Shown here piece by piece: positions 46,971-58,491 of a stretch of DNA of 64,000 bases (positions are counted from its first letter, which is position 1; the number at the start of each line of letters is the position of its first letter). Position numbers and translations under genes: made by a program. This DNA is from Trypanosoma brucei. Its lineage: Eukaryota. The notes under the pieces were generated by a model. That model was not told the origin of the DNA. It saw nothing but the letters and a program-made list of their open reading frames with translations, and made no database searches. Location of the stretch: positions 576,001-640,000 of the forward strand of contig AE017150.2 in the NCBI GenBank assembly GCA_000002445.1. The letters run 5' to 3'.

Positions 46971-47668
46971 AAAAAAAACAACAATAAACCAAGGAGGAAG
47001 GAGAAAAAAAAAAGAGAAACAACAAAAACAAACAAACAAACGACATTGCCGTCGAAACCCCCACATGATAATTTGGGAAAATGTGTGCGAGTACGCGAAG
47101 GCAAAAATCCCCATTGTGTATACCCTCCTCACCTCCCGCTGTGATGCAGTACACGGGGTTAATCGATAAATTACAAAAAAAAATAATTAAGAAAACATAA
47201 ATGAAACAAATAAACAAAAGATATAAATAAAATAAATAAATAAATATATATGTAGGAGAGAACAGAAGTAAACACACACGAGAAAACAACAAAAACAACA
47301 ACAATTTGGAACGTAAATCGACCGCGCCTTGTACATTTCATTTCAGCTTTACCGCCACTTGCATCGTCAGTTCCCACATGCGCATCTGCCAATTCGCACA
47401 AGCAGCCATGCAGGCGGTTAGCCGACCCTCCGTGCGTAAATCAACATGTCCTAACCCATCCGTGTTGAGTGTGTAATACATACATGATTGCTAAACGGAC
47501 GAAAATGATAATAATAAAAATAATATTCAAACAAGTGGAAAATCGATGTTTTTCCTTTCCTTTACTTTCTTTTCTCTCATTTTTTTTCTCTTTTGTTGCG
47601 GTGGTCGCCCCCTTTTATTTAACTTAACACTCCCCTTCACCGGTAACTTTTACCAATTGGAGCCTAAA

Positions 47669-48802
47669 TCAGCATTTCCCACGAGCGAAATTTTTGTCTT
47701 TCCACTGCAGCACCACGGGCGGAGGCGTTTCCGAGTTGTTGGGAAACAACTTCATTAAATATCCGTAATCCTTTTCCTTAATATGATGAACAACCATAGT
47801 TTTTTCTGTAACCACCTTTGACAAACGCCTCCTTAAATGACTAATGTAGTGGCATCTACCAATATCAGCCGTCACAAGATCGCTATATCCCACCTTTTCC
47901 CCTAACGTCACGGCCACCATCACATCTTCATTAAACATCGCCATTTCACGGAAATCTTCTATGTTACTTTCCGAATAAGGTGTATTTACTAAACGCTCAA
48001 GTGGACTGTAATTTACTACACCATCTGCAACATCTCGTGATAATGTAACACAATATCCTGCTATAAATGGAACCCATCTGTCTACGAAAACTTCAGGTGT
48101 TAGGCCATACCAACCCATGTATAAACGATATTTTGGCATTAATTTCAGGCTAGATAAATAATACGGAACTCTAATGAACAAATCATCATCGGCCTTCATT
48201 ATATACGTTGCAGTTCCAAAAAAATTCGAGGCGAATTTGAGCCACAAATATGTCTTTTTGCTCATTACCAGTTCCACCTCATTTCCCCAACTTTGCAACT
48301 CGCCGATTACCTTACCATTTGTTGAGGGTACATCAAACGTTGGGAGCACAATAATATCATGATTTTTTTGTGCCTCAGCCCTCACGGAATCGGAGAGGAT
48401 GAAATCATTTCTCTCATGAGGGGAGAGAAGATATAATGGTATAAGATCGCCTGCGAAATCATTGCGTCTCGTGGCAACACCACCATATGTCCAACATGTG
48501 GATCGTTGCAACCCACGCCTTCTAAACCGCTCCTTGTTGTCTATTGAAGGTATGCCAGCTGCCACAAGATATTTGGAGCTCTCCCAGATTTTAATAGTTT
48601 TCTCGGGGACAAGTGTCAGGTACTCGTCATTATCGACTTCGGTTAAGTGCATCTGCTGACGCCTCTGCTGGAATGTTAGTTCTTTTCGTTTGGGTTGTTT
48701 ATTTATCCAAGCTATGAATAGTACAGCAAACACAAGAAAAACAACCAATACGATGCGCTTCCTTCGTGTGGAGCCCACCATCTGTAAACCCTTCGACACC
48801 AT
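47669..48802 (-). CDS. type II membrane glycosyltransferase with DxD motif (trypanosomatid UDP-Gal/UDP-GlcNAc-dependent GT67-like family)
   Basis: N-terminal cytoplasmic stub plus signal anchor (RRKRIVLVVFLVFAVLFIAW), lumenal domain with ADDDLFIRV DxD motif. Family resemblance to T. brucei GlcNAc/Gal transferases (the GPI side-chain enzyme TbGT3 is of this type; identity not asserted). Confidence 0.65.
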   Translation of the reverse strand: MVSKGLQMVGSTRRKRIVLVVFLVFAVLFIAWINKQPKRKELTFQQRRQQMHLTEVDNDEYLTLVPEKTIKIWESSKYLVAAGIPSIDNKERFRRRGLQRSTCWTYGGVATRRNDFAGDLIPLYLLSPHERNDFILSDSVRAEAQKNHDIIVLPTFDVPSTNGKVIGELQSWGNEVELVMSKKTYLWLKFASNFFGTATYIMKADDDLFIRVPYYLSSLKLMPKYRLYMGWYGLTPEVFVDRWVPFIAGYCVTLSRDVADGVVNYSPLERLVNTPYSESNIEDFREMAMFNEDVMVAVTLGEKVGYSDLVTADIGRCHYISHLRRRLSKVVTEKTMVVHHIKEKDYGYLMKLFPNNSETPPPVVLQWKDKNFARGKC

Positions 48803-50204
48803 TTTCCGGATCGTATACCTAAAACAAGAGATTAAATAACAGCAACAATAATAATAACAGCAATAATAATAAAATCATCACATAATGATTAATTGTGGTG
48901 CCGCTACAGAGTAGAGGGTATTATTTCCACCAACACCTCACCGCCTTACGACTTACTTTCGGGGAGGGAAAACTGGGGAAGGGGGTTAGGAGGCGGGCTA
49001 AGCACCTCTTTTTTGTTTTGTTTTGTGTTTTTTTTTTCGATACGGACGAACTCCTTTTTGCATCCCCACATATGAGGGAGACCACGCTGCGTGAGGTGGA
49101 GCGTATAAGTAAAAAAGTAAAAAAATAAATAAATAAAATAATATATATATATATATATATACCATTGACGCCTAATCGTTTCCCCCCTTCCCCAACTCAG
49201 CAACCTTTCCTCATCTCCCCCCATTCACGTAAGTGAGTTGTAACAGCCAATTTGCGGAAACCTCCACTTATACGTCCAGATAAGTTACACCAGCCATAGA
49301 ATGGGTCATTCTCACAACATGGTGCTGGTACTTACGACATATATATATATATATATATATATTCATTTATATATACATAAATATATGTATACGTAAGTCC
49401 GCTTTTATATTATAGCTGGGTCTCGTGCTCCCGGTTGCGGTGGAGCGATTTGTCCCTTCTTCCTTCCCTTACATAAACTCTACACGTGAATGAGGGGGAA
49501 TGACCGCCCAAAGCATGAGTTAGTGTGCAACACGGCAAATGTGGATGATGTTCCTCACTCACTCACGCATGAGCAAGAACACACACACACAAAAAAAAGA
49601 AAAATAAATAAATAAAAGCAAGGGATATAGAAGGGTATTCACGCCACGCGCACATTAAAGCGCTTACATATATTTGTGCATTTACAAGGGACTTATTTTA
49701 TTGGCATCTACGAACGGGTACCATTTGGAGGTTCCAGCTTCACAAACACTGGGTTGTAGGGGCAGACACTTACTTTCACTTTTCGCACAATGGGGACTTC
49801 CCCCCCCCCCCTCGTAAGTACTAATGATGATCATGGATGCCCAAAGAATGAATTGGCGAGGCTTGAGCTAATACACACACATACACATACACGCACACAC
49901 ATACCTATATATAATTATATATGCAAATATATATATATATATATACGTATATATATTGTGTATACAATGTGAACAAGGGTAGCGAGAGAGGGCGCTTGGA
50001 CCCCTCGCCTATAGCAACAGCCCTCAGTTTCACATCATGCTTTGATAAACCTGTTCGAATAAGCACTACAGCGACTGCCACGTCCTTTACGTGCCCTTCA
50101 AAAAGCTCAGGTAAGCCGCAGTTACTGGACTTCCATTTGCGGCTTTTCATCGTTGATGGCCACCCTTTCTTTCCCTTTTCAACTTATAGGGCGATCACTT
50201 GCCT

Positions 50205-52490
50205 TCACATGAGCGCAGACAAGGCAAACGGAACTGTGCATGTGACATACCAACCCCACATGAGAGCCAGAAACCAATCCCGTGCAATGAGCGGTGCTCG
50301 CAGTCTGTCATAGCGCATCCGTATCATTGCCGTAAGCAAATATGATAGCGTGAAGGCTGTTACAGCAAGAATAAACGGTACAACAAATGGTACCAACTCC
50401 CTTGCTATAAGTCCATCGCAGCAACTTTGAGGTAACACTCGATCCCATCGTGGCAACCACAGAACAGGGGAAACACCGCACAAAGCAAGCGCCAGAGAAG
50501 GCCATCGGACTTGTGTAGAAATGTTGACAGGGTCTGACACTTTGATTGAGAATACCTGAGGCGGTTGGCGCTTCACGCACGCCACGGCCACTGTAAACAA
50601 TCGCAACGCGGTGAACTCCAGCAGCAACGTATTGAAGAGCATCTCAAAGATGAATATTTCCACTGCCATCACAGTGGAAACAACCAGCCACCAGTCATAC
50701 GGCAAAGAAACGGCTGAGGTAAGAACGAATAGAGTGTATATAGCGGCAAAGGAGGAGCTAAGAGTTATTTTCACCCCAACTGGTGTCGTCTCCGGCATCA
50801 CGGCGGCTGACAAATACCATAACATCCGTTCGATGACAACCAACAATAGTGGATGGAAAATATGTTCCATTCCCTTGTCAACCTTGATAGGCGCAATAAT
50901 GGGTGGCGACAGCAACGGAAAGGCATCCAATAGCATGAAGGGTACAACTAATCTGAAACACCCGTGATATTTCGCTACCGCCGCTAGCGGGGCACTCAAT
51001 GCCAGCACAAGCCCAGCGTCGTATATGAAAGCCAGTTTATCTGGACGGACAACTCGTGTATCCAAAACGGAAAACGAACCGAAACGTATCAGCACGACTA
51101 CCCAGAAGATGATGTTGGAAGCCAGGGTAGACAAAGCTGGAGGAAGATCCCACCGCAGAGCCCGCGTCGGTGCACTTTCATTGCGCGTACCGTAAGGCTC
51201 GCTTACCTCAAAATCATCACCGGCAACATTGTCGTGTGCGTGCTGTGAAATGTCATCTGAGGTGACGTAGCAGTGCATACGAGCGAGCCGCCGCTTCCGT
51301 TCACGATCCTCGGTGATTGAGTTTATGGTTAAGAAGAACAAGGCGGTCGGGAACAATGCAAATGGAACGTACACGTGCAAACCGTACGTCACGACATACT
51401 TTAACACATCTGTCAGGAGGCACGGGCACCTCCCCTCTGCATTGCAAAGCTTGTTCTCTTCGTGGTGAAGGTCGTTAAATACTAAAAACAGCACGTTTAT
51501 TACCGAGGCCAAAAGTATTCCATACAGTATGAAGACGACGCTGCTTGAGTGGTGTAACCCCGGGTCATGCCGATCCCCATCGGGGTTACTTTGAAACCCA
51601 TAAGCCTGGTAAAGTGGCTTCCTACCACGCAACTGCCCATCGTACATGACAATACCTGATAATGTCGGCTGCAACTTTTGCGCCTGCTGCATTTCATCCA
51701 CACTCGCAGTGTTTCTGTAAGGAGATCCCAATTCACTAAATGAGGGGAACACTGGCATGTCAAGTGCCTCGCCGGGTGTGTTGGTTAACACCGAATGTAG
51801 TGACGCCTGTGCAAAGTCCGTGCCGCTGCTCCAAACACGCGACGTGTTTACCCGCAGCGTCAGGTCGTTTGGTGAAGCGCATGCCATACCCTTCCGGTCA
51901 GCCCGGTCGGGGATACTCACTGGTGACAAGTCATGAGATGCAGTTGGCCTGTCTGCTATCGGTGGTTGCTCCGACATGCTGTTCAATGCGATATCAAGCC
52001 GTGAGCTGTATAATGAAAGAGGTCCTCCACTGTTTCTATACAAGCCAGCTATGAAATCGGCAGGTTCACTCCTGTTTTGATCAAATTGTGTTTCCAAACT
52101 TCTGTGATCCTCGCTATGGCTGTATCGCTCGACCCGGTAGTTCCCCATTCTATGATAGTCGCAAAAGCTTTGCCCGCTCCTATGCACGCTACTGTAAACA
52201 AGGGAGTCATCTATTCGCACGCAGTCATCCTCGTTAGAACGCCTGTTTGCGGTAAAAAAATCGTTGGGAGTCTCCATCAGAGCATTTGAACCGAACAACC
52301 GCTCCTCCAAGGGTTGGGAATAACCGGACAACCTCGCCGACCTCGCGCACGATGGCGTAGCTTCATCTACTCCGCGCGACTCCTTCTCTCCATGGGGCCA
52401 CTTGTTACCCGCTTCAGATCCTGTTTGAGCCCCGCTGTGATTTTGTTTTTTTTTTTCTTCGTGATGTTGCGTTCCATCACCCACGTGCAT
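50205..52490 (-). CDS. hypothetical polytopic membrane protein (761 aa): long hydrophilic N-terminal region followed by about 9-11 TM helices
   Basis: ATG-initiated long ORF. Non-repetitive; hydrophobic helices in the C-terminal 450 aa (…VVFILYGILLASVINVLFLVF…, …IIFWVVVLIRFGSF…, …AIYTLFVLTSAVSLPYDWWLVV…). No family recognised. Confidence 0.6.
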   Translation of the reverse strand: MHVGDGTQHHEEKKKQNHSGAQTGSEAGNKWPHGEKESRGVDEATPSCARSARLSGYSQPLEERLFGSNALMETPNDFFTANRRSNEDDCVRIDDSLVYSSVHRSGQSFCDYHRMGNYRVERYSHSEDHRSLETQFDQNRSEPADFIAGLYRNSGGPLSLYSSRLDIALNSMSEQPPIADRPTASHDLSPVSIPDRADRKGMACASPNDLTLRVNTSRVWSSGTDFAQASLHSVLTNTPGEALDMPVFPSFSELGSPYRNTASVDEMQQAQKLQPTLSGIVMYDGQLRGRKPLYQAYGFQSNPDGDRHDPGLHHSSSVVFILYGILLASVINVLFLVFNDLHHEENKLCNAEGRCPCLLTDVLKYVVTYGLHVYVPFALFPTALFFLTINSITEDRERKRRLARMHCYVTSDDISQHAHDNVAGDDFEVSEPYGTRNESAPTRALRWDLPPALSTLASNIIFWVVVLIRFGSFSVLDTRVVRPDKLAFIYDAGLVLALSAPLAAVAKYHGCFRLVVPFMLLDAFPLLSPPIIAPIKVDKGMEHIFHPLLLVVIERMLWYLSAAVMPETTPVGVKITLSSSFAAIYTLFVLTSAVSLPYDWWLVVSTVMAVEIFIFEMLFNTLLLEFTALRLFTVAVACVKRQPPQVFSIKVSDPVNISTQVRWPSLALALCGVSPVLWLPRWDRVLPQSCCDGLIARELVPFVVPFILAVTAFTLSYLLTAMIRMRYDRLRAPLIARDWFLALMWGWYVTCTVPFALSALM

Positions 52491-52936
52491 GTGGGCTCAA
52501 TGTTAGCCTATGATGGATAAGGGCTTTCCTCCCTCTTTTCCCTCCTCCAGAGGGGAGGGAAACTGCGAGCGTGCGTGTAGACACACACGGGGCCGGCCTG
52601 CCAAACGAGGTAGATGGTAAAGACGTCCTCTAGAAGGACGAGGAGGTAATTATTGTTGAAGAACCTTCAAAATAATAATAATAATAAATGAGCACAAAGA
52701 GGAGAAAAAATAGAAAGAGACTATGTGGGCAAAGAATTGGAACATATATTCCACCATTCAACTGCGGCAGATCCTACCACCATGCAACGTATACAAATAT
52801 AGGGAGAAGACATACCACGGTAACCGTTCCTTCGGTCACCGCAACTTACCTACGTGTAGGCGAGGTTTGATCAAAAAACGGAGCCAGACAAGTCCAAACT
52901 GTTGCTGGGCGAATCCCACCAGTTCATGTGATTAAC

Positions 52937-53941
52937 TTACTCACCCTTCTTGCGCTCGCGGTGAAACTGCTTCCGTTGTGCGCGCATACGCATGATTTCC
53001 TTTTGAACCCTCGCAGCTTCAGTCATATTTGACCATAATTGCTCACCATGTGGGGCCGTCTCCGCAGCCGAATTCGTAAGTGATTGCCGACCCTTCTGTT
53101 GTTCTATCCATGCAACTCGCCGCAGGTACGACCGCACGGCGTCTCCACCAGTTCCTTCCGTCCCGGCAACTACTTCACTACGACTCATGATGGATTCAGC
53201 CATAATTTCCCACTGCAACCGCTCTTCCACTTTCCCACTCCCAGCCACACCCCTGCTGGAGTTCTGATCGCCCCCGGGCGCTTTTTCCGAGCCGCAGGAG
53301 CCGTTGTTGTGCGCACCCGCTGAACGCATTCCCCCGTCTAGCGGCTTGCGAATAGCTTCCAATATCAAGCGGTCCTCCTCCTTGTGATGGGGGAATCCAC
53401 GTTCCACGCCGCTATCATTTTGTGTCGTCTTTCCCTCTCCGCCTTCTTGGCTGTGGCTTACCGTTCCATCTCTATTTTTTGCTTTCTTTCCCTTCTCATT
53501 GTCATCCGTTGTCTCCTTTTCTGGTGTTTTGCTTTTTTGAGCTGCACTTCGCAGCGCAGTTTCTGACCTACGGAGTTCGTTCTCCAACAACGTGAGGAAA
53601 CCTAATTGTGTTGGCAGCGCTACCCTGTCGTCTATTGACCGCAGAAGTGCTCCGCCATCGCCATTTGACGGCTCATCGTCAGTCCGCTGCCGTTTTTGCG
53701 GGTTGCTAAATATCACACCGCTGCCGTCCATTTCCGCTGAAGTTAAGGAATAAATGCGATAAACATCAGATCCGTAGCACAACAGATTACATTCCGCCCG
53801 CGGGTCATCTGGGGTTTCCTGGGCGTATGCGCGTGCTTTGGCGAGTAGAGGAAACTTTCGAAGCAGCAGTTGTGAGCCAACTCGACTCCGCACGTCACCT
53901 GAGGTGTCAGTTTCCCCTCCTAATTGTGGTGTTGCACTCAT
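52937..53941 (-). CDS. hydrophilic hypothetical protein (about 335 aa from first post-polyY ATG)
   Basis: Long minus-strand ORF; charged/low-hydrophobicity sequence. The track's upstream extension to 54088 translates a polypyrimidine tract (…FFFFF…), so it is probably 5' UTR/splice acceptor; start uncertain. Confidence 0.4.
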   Translation of the reverse strand: MSATPQLGGETDTSGDVRSRVGSQLLLRKFPLLAKARAYAQETPDDPRAECNLLCYGSDVYRIYSLTSAEMDGSGVIFSNPQKRQRTDDEPSNGDGGALLRSIDDRVALPTQLGFLTLLENELRRSETALRSAAQKSKTPEKETTDDNEKGKKAKNRDGTVSHSQEGGEGKTTQNDSGVERGFPHHKEEDRLILEAIRKPLDGGMRSAGAHNNGSCGSEKAPGGDQNSSRGVAGSGKVEERLQWEIMAESIMSRSEVVAGTEGTGGDAVRSYLRRVAWIEQQKGRQSLTNSAAETAPHGEQLWSNMTEAARVQKEIMRMRAQRKQFHRERKKGE

Positions 53942-55649
53942 TCGTTTCCACACCAGCGCCACCGCCGCTACTGCTTGCGTGCTCCCTAAAAGTCCATTGA
54001 AAAAGAAAAAAAAAAGAGAAACAAAGACGTGAAAAGGAGTCGGTTGGTGGACGATGAGGGGGAAAAGAAACGCCACAACCGATGCCATACACCTTAGGGA
54101 CTTGTATAGTTACCGCAGTGCAGTTCTCCAATAATTTCCAACAAAGAAAGAAAGAAAGGAACCATGACAAATTACAATCTCACGAAGAGAGGTGCAGATT
54201 AAAATTGCTCCCCCGCACTCATACTTTTTTTTATTTTTTAAATTCTTTCTCGAATGTCCATACACAACTTGCGTTGAAGGAGGCAACGCACAAGACATTG
54301 AGACTGTGTTTTTGTTGCACTTTGCCCCGCGGTCAATAAGCCCCGACATTTTGTATAATATCCTTCTCTTCTCTTCTACTTTTTTTTCTTTTTAAATACC
54401 TTTTGCCGATGTTGTTTCGACGTACTCATTCTTCTGTAAAGGGCGGGATGCCGATCTCGCGCCAATCCGCCAGGAGGTTTCCCTCCGACCCGAGTCCCAT
54501 AACGCCGCTGAGGCCTCCCGTGGCAGTCGCTACAGCCGCCGCCCGTCGCATGCCTAAAGTTGGCGGGAGATTTGCAGGGAAGGCGAAACTTGAGGGATCA
54601 TCGAAGTCAACGAGTAACTCCAACTTGGGTTGTTGGATGGTAAGCGTAGCATCCTCTAAATACCAGCGGCGATGAATGTAACGGGAGTCCCTGGAAACCA
54701 TCACGACCTTTTCTTTTCTATCTCCCTCTCTCTCTCTCTCTTCTGTCTACTTCCTTTTTATCTTTCTTTTTTTTTTTTTGTGTGTGTGTGTGTGCGGACC
54801 CTTTTCTACTCCTCTGATTTTCTATTTAAGAAGCCTTTCCGTTGCGATCTCTGTAATGGAGTTACGCTTGCAAAAACTTCTATCGACGGCACATGCAACG
54901 GATTACGTGAATGCGGAAGGAATGCCAACATAAGAAAGCAACATAAATATATGAATGCTGGGAAAATGCATATAGAACGGTAGCCCCGCTGCGGAGCTAC
55001 AAACAAATTATAGGCGCCAGCGGATACACAAAACGTCGCAGCACTTAAATATCTCGGCTATCTGACGGTGCCCAATTCCGTCTCTTTTCCCTCTCGTTTG
55101 CGGCAGCGAGAAAACAAAAAGTCATGGGAATAGAATACACCCTGGAGGAATCCTGCGCCGCCTAAATACAAAGCCGCTCCGCTCAATGACGAAGAGGGCT
55201 AATGGTAGCAACGGATGGGAACGGATTTATGCGAATTGGTTGTCCAGTGGCATGCGCCACTCCACAGGACCGGGCACATCATATGAGGGTAATTCAGTGT
55301 AATGTAACAGAAGGGGAAGGCAACATAACAAAAAAAAGGAAGAAAGTACACCATGTACCTTACAACAAATCCAACTCCCTCCACATTCTGAGGCCAATAC
55401 CCATTTCCCCATGGGTACGACATTACGGCACGCGCCCGAAAAAAAGGGAAAAAATTGCTGCAAAAAGAAAATAGCAGCATCATACGGTCCGGCTCCACTT
55501 CACTCAAAACGGAAAAATAGTTAGGGTGAAGAAATCGGTTTGTATGAACAACATACGTGAGCGTATACATATATATATATATATATATATATTGCACAAA
55601 CGCTGGTCTCGCTCACACTCGTTTCAATTCGACATCAATCGAACTGATC

Positions 55650-56471
55650 TTATTCATACCGCACCCACCCCTGCACTGTGACATTATCCTTTTCACGTAC
55701 GGTACATGCCGTGCCATTGGGATTACATGACAAGTTAAGCACACGCGAGTAATTATGATACGGGCCTGGCCATGCTGTGTTTTCCCAGTTCTGTTCCGCT
55801 ACAAACATACGATCCCCTGTCACACCCGCAACAACGGCAACATGACCGTATGGAAAACCATTGGGTTGCCGTGGGTAAATCAACAAATCCCCCACACGCG
55901 GCTTAGAGTTTGCAGATGTTGCATTTCCGTTATGATATTTGAGTAATGGTTTCCGCTTTTGACCATTGAGCAGTTGAACATCTTTAAGATCCCAAATGTC
56001 AGCTGCTCCATCTACAGAACCAAAAGTGGCTGGTTGTGGTGTACCTCGAAGCATCCAATACCGTCGGGCATATTCCACGCATTGCCATTGCATACCATAT
56101 ATGGGTGGAACCGCATGAGGGTCCACACGACCAGCCGGTATCCGTATGTCTTCCACCTTGACAGTGTTCCAAAGTTCTGCTGTGCAACTATCACTGTTGC
56201 AATTGCTCATAGCTGGAACTCCGTTGTAAATTCCCAACACATTACCAAAAGGGGCCGAGCAATTCTGTTGGCAGCCCACTGAAAGACTCCCAGTGTTTGT
56301 ACTCACCGTATCTTTACTATTTTCCGCGCGAGGGACCTTCATAAGGCAGAGAATGATGACAACTCCCACAGCAAATGAGGCGCCTGCGTAAAGCTTATAT
56401 GAGTCGAAGTTTCTTGCCTCACCCTCACGTTGTAAAAGAGGTCTGGCGGTGCCTGCTTTCCTCGCCGCCAT
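55650..56471 (-). CDS. membrane-anchored CHAP-domain protein (glutathionylspermidine/trypanothione-amidase-like cysteine amidohydrolase), paralog A
   Basis: N-terminal signal anchor (FAVGVVIILCLM). C-terminal domain has WQCVEYARRYW (catalytic-Cys motif as in the Gsp amidase QCVEFARR), …GHVAVVAGV… (His), and downstream Asp/Glu/Asn. The C-terminal 150 aa are near-identical to paralog B. Confidence 0.6.
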   Translation of the reverse strand: MAARKAGTARPLLQREGEARNFDSYKLYAGASFAVGVVIILCLMKVPRAENSKDTVSTNTGSLSVGCQQNCSAPFGNVLGIYNGVPAMSNCNSDSCTAELWNTVKVEDIRIPAGRVDPHAVPPIYGMQWQCVEYARRYWMLRGTPQPATFGSVDGAADIWDLKDVQLLNGQKRKPLLKYHNGNATSANSKPRVGDLLIYPRQPNGFPYGHVAVVAGVTGDRMFVAEQNWENTAWPGPYHNYSRVLNLSCNPNGTACTVREKDNVTVQGWVRYE

Positions 56472-57648
56472 TGCTTCAATTTACACGATACCTCGGGGGA
56501 GGGGGAGGGGCAAAATTAAACTCGATAAACAGGCGAAAAGGGAGTAATGAAGAAGACGAAGGAATTATTTGGTTTATGAACTGTGAGGCTGTATAAATGA
56601 ACTATTATCCACTGTTTCGTACCCCAATCACGCGTGTGCTCACAGCAGGTACTTTCTTTCCTTCCCCCCTTTTTAGTTAATTTGTTTCCTTTTTACCTCC
56701 TAATTACGGGATGGGGTTTCTGTATTTGCTCCCGCTGACTTGTCAGTGAATGAGTATTTGGGACCTTTCAAAGCTGAATAGAAGAGCAACAAAACAAAAC
56801 AAAATGTATAACTCACGAAAAGAAGTCACGTTGTGCGACGTAGCTCCTCAATCGTTTGACAATAATAGATAGCATCACCATATTAAGCAGCAGTAAGGAA
56901 ATAAAAAATAATTTGAAGTAATATAGAAAAGTAAAGGTAGAAAAAATAGAAAAATAAAAATGTTTTCAACACCGTATCGCAGTTGCTTTACGTTTCGTTG
57001 CACCTTTCCTTTCTTTCCCCTTCCTGCCTCTCCACAGTTGTCTGTATTTTTATGCTAAATTTTGTCTACTTTCTCTTTTTTTTTTTTCGTGACCCGCTTC
57101 TCGTTCCCACCAATCACTTGCTCGTATGCCTTCCCTAGAACTAGATTTGTTAAAAAATATTACCCTAGTTAATTAATTAATTTAAATATATTTGCGTTTT
57201 TAAAGAAGGAACCGTTTGGTGGGGAGCGACACCAACTGGCTGGCACATTACCCTCATAACCGGCTTTGTGCTCCACTTCTTCACCGTTGCCGTTGTCGTT
57301 GTTGCTAAATACGCAATATATAAAACAACGTGGACGAAAAGAGGGTAAAATCAAAACAAATTTTGCGCGGAGAATCATCAATTGATGCGAAGCGAAGGCC
57401 AAATGCTTTGAAAAAGTGTGACAACGACACCAAACATATAAAATATGCTTAAATTGCTCCTCGAAAAATAAGATAAAAATAGGAAACTATGGGAGGAACA
57501 AGAAAATCACCTTCCCCCTGTTTTCCTACAGAATCCACCTACCTGTCACCAGAAGTTACCAACTGATGAAATTACTTGCCGTTTTTGTTAAGAAAGTCAC
57601 TAGTAGAGGAAAACAAAACAGAAAAAAAAACGAACAATCGAACTGATC

Positions 57649-58491
57649 TTATTCATACCGCACCCACCCCTGCACTGTGACATTATCCTTTTCACGTACG
57701 GTACATGCCGTGCCATTGGGATTACATGACAAGTTAAGCACACGCGAGTAATTATGATACGGGCCTGGCCATGCTGCGTTTTCCCAGTTCTGTTCCGCTA
57801 CAAACATACGATCCCCTGTCACACCCGCAACAACGGCAACATGACCGCATGGAAAGCCGTTGGGTTGCCGTGGGTAAATCAACAAATCCCCCACACGCGG
57901 CTTAGAGTTTGCAGATGTTGCATTTCCGTTATGATATTTGAGTAATGGTTTCCGCTTTTGACCATTGAGCAGTTGAACATCTTTAAGATCCCAAATGTCA
58001 GCTGCTCCATCTACAGAACCAAAAGTGGCTGGTTGTGGTGTACCTCGAAGCATCCAATACCGTCGGGCATATTCCACGCATTGCCACTTTAAGCCGCTTT
58101 GGTAACTGGTTCCAGCCACTGTGACGTTGTTATACGTAGTGGTATTCTCTGTTGCACCACAGTTGCTGTAAGAGAAGACGCCCTCATGTGCGCCAAGAAT
58201 AGCACCGACTGGATTGAGGCAATGTTTTTCCACTTTGCCGCTGCCTTCGGGGTAGCGAATGCCAGAGTAAAGCACGCCAAAGGCAATGAAAGAAATAAAA
58301 AGAAGAACGAGTACGCCAAATGTCCAAGCGAATATCGCCTGGGCAATTGAGCATAGGCGTTTTATACCACGCTTCCGGTTGTTGAAAGAACCATTAATGG
58401 CTCCATCATTGGTTTCTGGGACATCGTGAGGATCTTTTTCGTTAGATGAAAGTCGATTAGTCTTCGATGTTACCGCTGGCTCTCTTTCCAT
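57649..58491 (-). CDS. membrane-anchored CHAP-domain amidase-like protein, paralog B
   Basis: Signal anchor (IFAWTFGVLVLLFISFIAFGV). Different N-terminal 120 aa, then the same WQCVEYARRYW…GHVAVV… domain. Confidence 0.6.
   Translation of the reverse strand: MEREPAVTSKTNRLSSNEKDPHDVPETNDGAINGSFNNRKRGIKRLCSIAQAIFAWTFGVLVLLFISFIAFGVLYSGIRYPEGSGKVEKHCLNPVGAILGAHEGVFSYSNCGATENTTTYNNVTVAGTSYQSGLKWQCVEYARRYWMLRGTPQPATFGSVDGAADIWDLKDVQLLNGQKRKPLLKYHNGNATSANSKPRVGDLLIYPRQPNGFPCGHVAVVAGVTGDRMFVAEQNWENAAWPGPYHNYSRVLNLSCNPNGTACTVREKDNVTVQGWVRYE

Noticed and set aside
53942..54088. Longer 383-aa version of the 52937-53941 gene starting at ATG 54088
   Set aside because: The extra 49 codons include a poly-Phe run from a polypyrimidine tract followed by AG, more consistent with a splice-acceptor region. 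Start left uncertain.
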